DNA of 64,000 bases from an uncultured delta proteobacterium (GTDB lineage Bacteria > Desulfobacterota > Binatia > Binatales > Binataceae). How positions within the stretch are numbered: position 1 is the first letter of the stretch; the number at the start of each line of letters is the position of its first letter. The stretch is from assembly GCA_963744545.1 (NCBI GenBank), contig CAVUUH010000036.1, forward strand, positions 141,880 to 205,879, given 5' to 3'. Both the position numbers and the translations under genes were made by a program. Positions 9,371-17,749 of the stretch are shown here, piece after piece. The notes beneath the pieces are model-generated. The model ran no database searches, had not been told where the DNA came from, and saw only the letters and a list, made by a program, of their open reading frames with translations.

Positions 9371-11023
9371 CTACAGCTGCAGGACGAAACGGATGTCGCC
9401 CAGGCGGACCTGGCTGCCTGAGCTCAGGAAGGCGGAGCCGCGGATTTGGCGGTCATCGACGTAGCTGCCGTTGGTCGAGTTCAGATCCATCAGCTCGAAG
9501 CCGCCGTCGCGGCGCATCAGGCGCGCGTGCTGTCGCGAGACGCTCGCGTGCGGAATGACGACGTCGTTGTCCTCGCCACGCCCGATCGAGATCTCGTCCT
9601 TCATCAACGAGTACTCGGCCGGTACCGGATCGATGCGATCGACGGCCACCAGCCGCGCGCCTTGGGTAATCCCGGCGCCACGCGGTGCCGTAATCGGTGA
9701 TTGCGACGGCGTTGGTCGCGCGGGTGCGCGCTGCGCCGTACGCGCCGCGGGCGGAGGTGCCGCCGACGGCATCCGAAGCGAGGGTGCGCCCTGCGCCTCG
9801 ACAATAGCCTTGAGTTCGTCGGCCGGCATCCCGAACCTCATTCGCGAGAGTCCGAACAGACCGAGAATCGCGATCAGCGGCACGGCGCCGTTCCACCAAT
9901 TGAATGAGAGTTGCTTCAGCCCGGTGCCGGTCGCGTTTCCGCCGGGCGTGCCTTCATCTTCGGGGACGTTAATCGCAGCGCCGCCAAGGCCGCGCACCTG
10001 GTACGCAGTGTCCGCTTCGCCATCGGAGCCGTTGTAGTCGATCTTCAGCTGGACGCTGCGATTGGTGCCGTCTTCGATTGGCCGCGGCGTTCGATAGGTC
10101 AGCGAATACTCAGTCGCGATCGAATGCCCAATCTCGCGCACCAGCGATGCGAACCGCCCTTCCTCCGTGATGATGTTGTACGAGCGGCCGTGGGTCGCGT
10201 CGACGATTTCCTGGTACTCGGGCGCGATGAATGGCGGCGGAACCACGCCATACAGAGTGAGTCCATTTTTCTTGAGCAGGTCGGCGACCTTAGTCCCCGT
10301 CAGATCCGTCACCTGCACGCCGCGAGTATGATGATCCCAGAACGCCTGATCGTGCGCCGAGTCGGCCGAGCCGTCGCCATCATGATGAGGCGGCGCGTCG
10401 GTGACGATAATGATGATGCCTTCGGCCTCGGGCCGGAACGGAAACTTCGCGGCATAGGCGAGAGCGTCGAGCTGATCCTCGGGGATGTCGCCGCCGCCGC
10501 CGGCATGCAGGGTGCCGACCCAGTCGCTGAACTGCTTGACGTCGGAGGTGAACGAGTTGCGATAGGCGCAATTGCAGTCGGGGTACGCCGAGACCACGTA
10601 GTCCTCGAACGTCACCAGCCCGAGGCGGTAGTCGCGGCTGTTGGATTGCAAATCCTGCGCAAAGGAGATCACGTTCTGCTTGACGGCGTCGATATAAGGC
10701 TGCATCGACTCCGTGACATCGAGCACGAAGACGATATCAACCGGACGGCCCTGGCCGACGCCGCGAAAATCAAGAATCTTGGCCTCTTTGCCATCCTCGA
10801 AAACTTTCACATTGTCGGGACGAAGGTTGCCGACCGGATTACCGTTCTGATCGGTCAGACCGAAGTCGAGCTGAACACCGCCGTCGGCATCGAAATGCTC
10901 GAGGCCCGGATTTCCGGTGGTGATTTTCAGGCTCGCATCGGCGGCTGTCACGCGAGCGCCGAAGCAGAACAGAAGAACTAATATGAACAGGCAGCGACAG
11001 GCGTTTCGATTGGACGATTTCAT
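9371..11023 (-). CDS. membrane protein with a periplasmic von Willebrand factor A domain, a single TM helix and a cytoplasmic C-terminal FHA domain
   Basis: Signal peptide; MIDAS region DIVFVLDVTESM; TM helix AVPLIAILGLFGL; Pro-rich linker; FHA (…ISIGRGEDNDVVIPHASVSRQHARLMRRDGGFELMDLNSTNGSYVDDRQI…). Confidence 0.7.
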   Translation of the reverse strand: MKSSNRNACRCLFILVLLFCFGARVTAADASLKITTGNPGLEHFDADGGVQLDFGLTDQNGNPVGNLRPDNVKVFEDGKEAKILDFRGVGQGRPVDIVFVLDVTESMQPYIDAVKQNVISFAQDLQSNSRDYRLGLVTFEDYVVSAYPDCNCAYRNSFTSDVKQFSDWVGTLHAGGGGDIPEDQLDALAYAAKFPFRPEAEGIIIIVTDAPPHHDGDGSADSAHDQAFWDHHTRGVQVTDLTGTKVADLLKKNGLTLYGVVPPPFIAPEYQEIVDATHGRSYNIITEEGRFASLVREIGHSIATEYSLTYRTPRPIEDGTNRSVQLKIDYNGSDGEADTAYQVRGLGGAAINVPEDEGTPGGNATGTGLKQLSFNWWNGAVPLIAILGLFGLSRMRFGMPADELKAIVEAQGAPSLRMPSAAPPPAARTAQRAPARPTPSQSPITAPRGAGITQGARLVAVDRIDPVPAEYSLMKDEISIGRGEDNDVVIPHASVSRQHARLMRRDGGFELMDLNSTNGSYVDDRQIRGSAFLSSGSQVRLGDIRFVLQL

Positions 11024-11230
11024 CGATGGCAGTAGTAATTCTCCGGATCGGGAAGGCGATCAGTCAAGACTCCGTAATCTATTTGACGCTCGCGCGCTTG
11101 AATGTATTCTTGCCTTCGCTCACTGGTTAGGTTATCCCAAACGCTGACCGAATTCTTCTGTGATGGATTCCGAGTGAAAGATTTTTTGGTGCATCGGACT
11201 GCCCTCCGCCCGACTCTGCCCTCAATTATC

Positions 11231-13423
11231 ATGGTTTGCCTGCTGCTGGTTTTAGCCGTGCCGGCCCGGGCCGCCAAGAACGCAAGGGTTCAGATAGGAT
11301 TTGTCGGCACGCAACCTGTGGCCGGAAATCCTCCAATGCCGCTGACGTTTCAAAACGTCCAGCTCAACGTGGTTGCGATCCGGCTCAATTCGCACGTGGG
11401 CGCGGCGCCGAACTCCAGCGGGTGGCAGAAAATTCCGGCGCCTCCCGGGATTGGCGGCAGTTCCTCGAACGGGGAATTGCAAATCGATCTCAACTCTTCG
11501 CAGAACATTCCGCAGCTCTTCAACACCGCGGCCGTGCGGGTCGACAACTACAAAATCGTCCAGCTCCAGCTCGATACATCCAACCCGGGCAGCTTGATTC
11601 CCACCTGCCCGGCTTCACCGCCAGCCGACGGATGTATCGTTTACCCCATCCAGATAAATAACCCCAACGGCATTACCTTCTCGAATCCCGACAAGAGCGT
11701 GGTCCTCTCCACGAAAACGAAAACGCTGGTATCGTTTGTCATGCAGGTGTCGATATCGATCACCAAGATACCGACGGCGCCAGGCGGCGCGTACACGGCA
11801 ACGATCTCGATCACGCCCATGACAAATCCTTCGACAGGTACGATCACCGGACAAGTGAATGTGGCGACGGGCACCGGCACGGGCACGTCGCCATCGGGAA
11901 AGGTCCGCAAATTGTCGGTGTCCGCCGAAACGATCGGAACCAACACGATTATCGCATCGGCGCCAATCACGCCCACTGCGAACACGGCGGGTGGTCAGAC
12001 TAACTGCCCACCTTCCCCAGGGGGATGCTTCACCCTTACACTTCCGGCGGCAGGGCCGCCGGCCTCAATGCCGTTTGGAACATTATATGACCTCGCAGTG
12101 TCAGGGGGCGCGGTTAATTACGCCGCCGCGCGGTTGCAGCCGCTGAACCCGGGCGAATTTATTTCCGTGCCCAGTTTCAAAGTCACCGGGAACCAGACAC
12201 TGGGGAATATCACCGGGTCGATCGGTGATGGTTGCGTTGCGAACAAACCTATTATCGGGGCCACGCTGCAGTTGTTGATTCCACCGAACGGCGGCACTGA
12301 CAACAGCGTGTGCTTGAGTCCGGCGACGGTAGGCCAATGCGTCACTGTTGCCAGCGCAAATACCGACAACGCCGGCAACTTCCCGCTGCCGGGTACGGTC
12401 TCGACCCCGGCGGCGTTCGCGAACGTTCCTACCCTGCCAAAAAAATCCGACAGCTACGCGATGGAGGTAACCGCGCCGGGCTACGACCCGTTATTCGTCC
12501 AGGTGACTCCGGGATCGGGCAGCAACAAGAAGGGCGGCGGCACCTGCAGCGTCAACGGCGGCGCGGCCGGAGCCTGTAATCTGCTGATGCAGACGGGATA
12601 CATCACAGGATCGATTCCGATAATACCGCCGAATCCCGGGGAAACCGCGTTAATCCAGGTGTTCGCCGAGGATCACAACACCAACAATATCGAAAGCGCG
12701 CTGCCGATGCCGAAGACGGTTGGCAGCAACCCGAATATCACTGACGTAACCTTCACCTTGAACGTTCCTCCCTCAATTCCGATTGGCTTTTTCGATTTGT
12801 TTGCTTCGACGATCGACTTTTATCAAGGCGTCGTCGATCCTTATCAGGGGCATAGTATTGTGGCGATAAGCCACGTCCCGGCTCCTGCGGCGTGCGCTAC
12901 AGTGACGGCTCCCACGCCCACTGACCCGACCCAGGTGATCTCATGCGTAGGTCACGGCAGTATTACCGGAACCGTCGCGAACCCCAATCTCGGTTCGTCG
13001 GTCGTCCTGGAAAAAATCGATCCGGATGCGCCGCCAATGGACGACACCGACGAAGTACAGTTAACGAATTCGCTCGTGCAGAATCAGCCGCCGAATCCAA
13101 CTGCGAGCAGTAACTACTCGTTCTGCGCCCCTGCAGATACTTACCAGGTCCAGGAGTTTCAACTTCCATCACCCACGCAGAGCGAGACGCCTATCGCCGC
13201 GGCTTCGCCCAGCCCGGTTCCGGACAGCTTTGCGACCGTCGTCATTCCGCCGCCGCCGACCGCGGGCGGACCCAGCCCGACTCCGACGCCGGCGATCAAA
13301 TGCCCGACCAACTGCTCGTTCCCCGGTGGCGGATGCCCCGGCATCTGTAACAACGCAGTCCAAGGTTTGCCACCAAGTCCAACAACATTAGTGAAAACGC
13401 CGATCGCGGCACCGACACCATGA
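11231..13423 (+). CDS. large secreted Thr/Pro/Gly/Asn-rich cell-surface protein with paired cysteines
   Basis: ATG at 11231 followed by signal MVCLLLVLAVPARA. The intact ~730-aa low-complexity ORF is divergent from the VWA-FHA gene. Confidence 0.5.
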   Translation: MVCLLLVLAVPARAAKNARVQIGFVGTQPVAGNPPMPLTFQNVQLNVVAIRLNSHVGAAPNSSGWQKIPAPPGIGGSSSNGELQIDLNSSQNIPQLFNTAAVRVDNYKIVQLQLDTSNPGSLIPTCPASPPADGCIVYPIQINNPNGITFSNPDKSVVLSTKTKTLVSFVMQVSISITKIPTAPGGAYTATISITPMTNPSTGTITGQVNVATGTGTGTSPSGKVRKLSVSAETIGTNTIIASAPITPTANTAGGQTNCPPSPGGCFTLTLPAAGPPASMPFGTLYDLAVSGGAVNYAAARLQPLNPGEFISVPSFKVTGNQTLGNITGSIGDGCVANKPIIGATLQLLIPPNGGTDNSVCLSPATVGQCVTVASANTDNAGNFPLPGTVSTPAAFANVPTLPKKSDSYAMEVTAPGYDPLFVQVTPGSGSNKKGGGTCSVNGGAAGACNLLMQTGYITGSIPIIPPNPGETALIQVFAEDHNTNNIESALPMPKTVGSNPNITDVTFTLNVPPSIPIGFFDLFASTIDFYQGVVDPYQGHSIVAISHVPAPAACATVTAPTPTDPTQVISCVGHGSITGTVANPNLGSSVVLEKIDPDAPPMDDTDEVQLTNSLVQNQPPNPTASSNYSFCAPADTYQVQEFQLPSPTQSETPIAAASPSPVPDSFATVVIPPPPTAGGPSPTPTPAIKCPTNCSFPGGGCPGICNNAVQGLPPSPTTLVKTPIAAPTP

Positions 13424-14115
13424 AAAACACGGCAAAGCTGGCGATGCGGAACTTCGCGCGAATGTTAGCGACAGGCGCGCTCGGCGCGATGCTCGCCGTT
13501 TCGATCGGAGCGTGCAACAACCAAACTGGATTTTCCGGCAGCGTCGGCAGTACCCCCAACGGTCCGAAGCTGCCTTCGTATCAAATCCTTGGCACGGTCG
13601 GGACGCCGTTCACTGCGACCATCTCGGACAATCGATCGTTTTGGACGCTGCAGGGAAACGTCCCGCTCAGCATCGCGATCTGCAACCCTCCTTCGGCGGA
13701 CGCGCAACTCGTCGTTACCAAGACGACTTCCGACGACAGCCTGTTGAGCGCCGAGATAATAACCGCCAATCACGTCAAGGATCTTCAATCGACGACGGCG
13801 CCCTTTGGTACCGTACAAGTGCAGATCGGTACGCAGACCTCGGCTCCAGGGGCTGCGGATCCTGATCTCCGAATATTCCTGAGCGGTCCGCTTAACGTGA
13901 AGTACCAGGCACTGGTCGAGGACATCGACACTGGATTCATAATCCAGGCGCGCGCGCCGACGCTGATAGTGTTCGACACCCCCAATGGCAAGGTGGACGC
14001 GACCTTCTTCGGACCCAACAACCACACCACCTTCACCGCCAACATGACGTTCAACGGAGAGGTGGTAGTCCCGACCTTCAGCCACGGTCCCAACCTGACG
14101 ATTCGCCAGCCATGA
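13420..14115 (+). CDS. lipoprotein of unknown function, translationally coupled to the upstream surface-protein gene
   Basis: An ATGA overlap with the upstream gene. Signal peptide plus lipobox (…LAVSIGAC). Confidence 0.55.
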   Translation: MKNTAKLAMRNFARMLATGALGAMLAVSIGACNNQTGFSGSVGSTPNGPKLPSYQILGTVGTPFTATISDNRSFWTLQGNVPLSIAICNPPSADAQLVVTKTTSDDSLLSAEIITANHVKDLQSTTAPFGTVQVQIGTQTSAPGAADPDLRIFLSGPLNVKYQALVEDIDTGFIIQARAPTLIVFDTPNGKVDATFFGPNNHTTFTANMTFNGEVVVPTFSHGPNLTIRQP

Positions 14116-14282
14116 CCGGCGCACAGAGTTGAGTCAGCGCTAGTAGTACCAATGAGTTTCGATTCGTTGAGCCGTTTCAGCCCGATACGTTTGACAGCCT
14201 CCCGCATTCGTCATACTTAGCCTCTGTAGCAGTGAGCGATTCGACAAACGCATCTGAGTCTCCCCGCCTCTGAAATCATTCT

Positions 14283-15400
14283 ATGAACTCGCAGCTCGTG
14301 CGCCGGGTAGTTTTAGTTGTCGTGATCATTGCAATCGCCGTCGCTGCGATTCCCGCTTATCGCTACTACCGCTTCCTCGAAAGTCACGTCAGCACTGACG
14401 ACGCCTATGTTGACGGTACCGTCGCGCTGGTGTCGTCGCGTGTCGCCGGCACCGTCACCAACGTTTACGTCGAGGACAACTGGGCGGTTAAGGAAGGGCA
14501 GTTGCTGCTGACGCTCGATCCGCGCGACTTCGAGGTCAAGGTCGAGCAGGCCGAGGCTCAGCTCGAGCGCGCAAAGCAATCGGTCGACGAGATGTACGCA
14601 GGAGTGCAGGCGGCCAGGTCGGGTGTGTCATTGGTACAGTCGCAGCTCAAGCAGGCGAAGATCGATTTCGATCGCGCCAAATCCTTGAAGGAACAAGGCG
14701 TCGTCTCGACCGAACAATACGATCAGGCCGACACCGGATTGCGCATCGCGCAGGCCGATGAAGCGTTGGCGGAGCATCAGTTGACCCAGGCACAAGCGGC
14801 CCTCGGAACTCAAACCGACGACCAGTCGCGCTACGAACGACCGATCGTCAAGCAGGCCGAGGCCGCTCTGGAAGCCGCCAAGCTCGATCTGAGCTATACC
14901 AAGATCACGGCGCCGTTCACCGGCGTCATCACTCACAAAACGGCGCACGTCGGCAATCGCGTGCAGGTCGGGGAGCCGCTGCTGGCGATCGTCCCGCTCG
15001 GCAAGCTCTACGTCACAGCGAATTTCAAGGAGACTCAGCTGACGGACGTGCGGGTTGGACAGAAAGCAGAGATCGTCGCCGACATCTATCCCGGCTTTAC
15101 CTATCAGGGACATGTCGATTCGATCAGCATGGGCACCGGCGCTGCCTTCTCGCTGCTGCCGCCCGAAAACGCCACCGGCAACTGGGTCAAAGTCGTGCAG
15201 CGGGTGCCGGTCAAGATTGTTATCGACGGACCGCGTCCCGAAGACAAGCCGCTCCGCCTTGGGCTGTCGGTTGAAGTGTCAATCGATCTGAGCGATCGCA
15301 GCGGACCGCTGCTGTCCTCGATGGTGCAGCAGCACTACCAGAAAGACGGCCAGACGCTGCCCAATGAGACCCTCGAGATGGCGCCCGAGTCTCAGCCGTC
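14283..15400 (+). CDS. HlyD/EmrA-family membrane-fusion (periplasmic adaptor) protein; the 3' end is uncertain because the ORF reads through into the next gene
   Basis: N-terminal TM segment, coiled-coil region and the typical β-barrel/MPD segment (…YTKITAPFTGVITHKTAHVGNRVQVGEPLLAIVPL…). No cognate transporter gene is adjacent. Confidence 0.7.
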
Positions 15401-15558
15401 GTCAGAGCCGCCGCCCGAACACCGGAACGCAGCAACATTTCATGAACCCCCTGCATTAGCCGTGCGCCACTCCACACCTGACACGCGTGTCAGGTCAATT
15501 GCGCCCGATTTCTGCGTGTACTACTCTGCGGTTCGCGTGGAATCTCCGCCCGCGTTTT

Positions 15559-16649
15559 GTCCAGATGCTCGACCCTCGCGACATTGCACAACGTCTATCC
15601 GCTTATCTCGGCGCGCCGGTTGCGCGCCTGAGCGTCCTCGCCAGCGGATGGGAAACCACGGTCTTCGAATTCACGCTGGAAGCGCGTCGCAGCGGTTTGC
15701 GTCAATCCCGGTCGGCGTACCGATGGTTTTGCGCTTCTATCAAGGCTCCGCCGCCGACGCCAAAGGCGCGCGCGAACACACCACCATCGATCGCCTATTC
15801 GGCGCGGGCTACCCAGTCCCGCGTCCGTACGCGTTCGAGGCCGACCATGGCGCGCTCGGCGCACCGTTCCTCATCATGCAGAAGCTGGCGGGCGGACAGC
15901 TGTTCGCGGTCCGCAGCTTTCCGAATGCCTTCAGGACCTTCTCGATGGCATTTTTTTCATTCGTCCGCACACAATCGAGACTCCACAAACTGGATCCGGT
16001 GAGCGCAGGCCTGCGCGAGATTCCCCGCGCGTATGCGGCCGTCGGTAACGCCCGCGATGACTCGCCGCTGCTCGATCGAGTGCTCGCGATCATCGCCAAT
16101 CGGGTCGAGAACGGTCCGCTCCCCGGCCTTCGCGAGGCGCTCAATCTCGTCACCGAGCGCGCGCCGAAATTCCGCCGCAGCCCGGATTCTCTCGTGCACA
16201 TGGACTACCACCCGCTCAACGTGATGGTGCAGGGAGTGCGCGTGACCGGCGTGATCGACTGGGTGAATACGGACGTCGGCGATCGCCATCTCGACGCCGC
16301 GATGACGGCGGTGATTTTGTCGTCGTCGGCGCTCGAGAACCCGCGATGGATGCGCGACAACCTGGTCGGCAACGGGCTTCGCGCGAGCTTCGCGGCGCTG
16401 TACATGCCGCTCTACCATGCGATGGCGCCGATGGACTTCGAGCGTTTCCGCTACTGCCAGGCGGTCGCGGCACTGCTGCGGCTCTCGATGATGGGGATGA
16501 TGCGCGCGCGCGGCCCGGAAATCGTGGGCTTCCGCCGCGAAGCGATCGACGAAGTCACGCCCGCCGTCGTACGACTGCTGAGCCGCTACGCAACCCGCAA
16601 GAGCGGCGCGTCGGTGCGCCTGGATGCGCCCGCGCCGCAACCGGCGTGA
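15559..16649 (+). pseudogene. aminoglycoside/choline-kinase-like phosphotransferase (APH family) with an apparent frameshift near 15715
   Basis: The N-terminus is in frame +1 (MLDPRDIAQRLSAYLGAPVARLSVLASGWETTVFEFTLE). The remainder is in frame 0 (…GYPVPRPYAFEAD…LIMQKLAGGQL…SLVHMDYHPLNVMV…GVIDWVNTDVGDRHLD…). Confidence 0.65.
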
Positions 16650-16697
16650 GTCGCGCTCGCGCGCCTATCGCATTCAGCTAAAAAAATCTGTAACTGA

Positions 16698-17012
16698 ATG
16701 GGCATGCGAAAGTGTTATGTGACCTCGCTGGTGTTGATCTCCTGGTTCCTGTTGATGCCGCCGCCGGTTTTTCCGCCGGTGAAGAGCGCGTCAGGTGATT
16801 ACAAGATGAATACCACGGCGCCGATTTCCCAATGGCTTAAATTTAAAACGCTCAAGTCCGAGCAGGCCTGCAAGGCGCAATTGAAAAAAGTGCAGCCCTA
16901 CTTCAAATGCGTTGCGAGCGACGACCCCGCGCTCGTGCAGCATGCCCCAGCCCCCGCCAGCGCCCCGAGTGTCTCGACAATCTCCGGCGCCGCCGGCGCT
17001 CACATGCAATAG
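16698..17012 (+). CDS. small secreted hypothetical protein
   Basis: A 104-aa ORF with an N-terminal hydrophobic segment. Confidence 0.3.
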   Translation: MGMRKCYVTSLVLISWFLLMPPPVFPPVKSASGDYKMNTTAPISQWLKFKTLKSEQACKAQLKKVQPYFKCVASDDPALVQHAPAPASAPSVSTISGAAGAHMQ

Positions 17013-17027
17013 GCGCGCTCTCTGTTT

Positions 17028-17052
17028 TTCCCCTCTCCCGCGGGGAGAGGGG
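17028..17052. terminator. bidirectional hairpin cccctctccc gcgg ggagagggg between convergent genes
   Basis: A perfect 10-bp inverted repeat between the stops at 17012 (+) and 17064 (-). Confidence 0.5.
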
Positions 17053-17063
17053 AAGAAGTCGCG

Positions 17064-17749
17064 TCAGATCGTTTTGCGGAGGGCGGCGCGCGTGAGAATG
17101 CGCGTCGAGTCGAGAACGGGCAACGGAGAATCGGCGGGACTTATCAGCAACGGAATCTCGGTGCAGGCCAACGCGACCGCGTCGCAGCCGTCAGTGGCGA
17201 GATTGCGGATTACATTTTGAAAGTATGCGCGGGACTCCGGAAGGATGCGCGCATTCACCAACTCTTCGTAAATGATCTGATTGATACGCTCGCGCTGTTC
17301 GAGGTTCGGAACGCGGTACTCGATACCTGCCGGCGCCAGCTTCGACGGATATACGGGTCCCTCCATCAGGTAGCGCGTTCCCAGAATTCCGAGCCGCTTG
17401 AAGCCATGCCGCCGAGCCTCGCCTGCAACTTCCTCGGCGATGTGGATCCACGGCGCGGGTGAACGCTCATGGACCAGATCGAGCCCCTGGTGAACAGTAT
17501 TGTCAGGACAAATCAGCAGTTGCGCGCCAGACTGGACGAGCTTCGCCGCCGACTCGAGCATCATCTCACCGACTGCGTCCCAACGGTCCTCCTCGATGGG
17601 CGCTGATAGCTGCCGAGCGAGAAACCGTGCAGCGTGATCTCCGGATGCTCATGCGGCCCCAGAAATTCCGCACCTTCGAGACAGATCGTGCGGTAACAGA
17701 GAGCGGCACCTTCGGAACTGACCGCGACGATGCCGATATGCTTCGTCAC
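17064..17749 (-). pseudogene. aspartate/glutamate racemase family protein with an apparent 1-nt frameshift in a CCC run near 17590
   Basis: N-terminus MTKHIGIVAVSSEGAALCYRTI…HPEITLHGFS, then +1 frame IEEDRWDAVGEMMLESAAKLVQSGAQLLICPDNTVH…. Confidence 0.7.

Noticed and set aside
14283-16649. A genuine HlyD-kinase fusion protein
   Set aside because: The kinase N-terminus is encoded in a different frame with its own start. The linker translation is compositionally aberrant.
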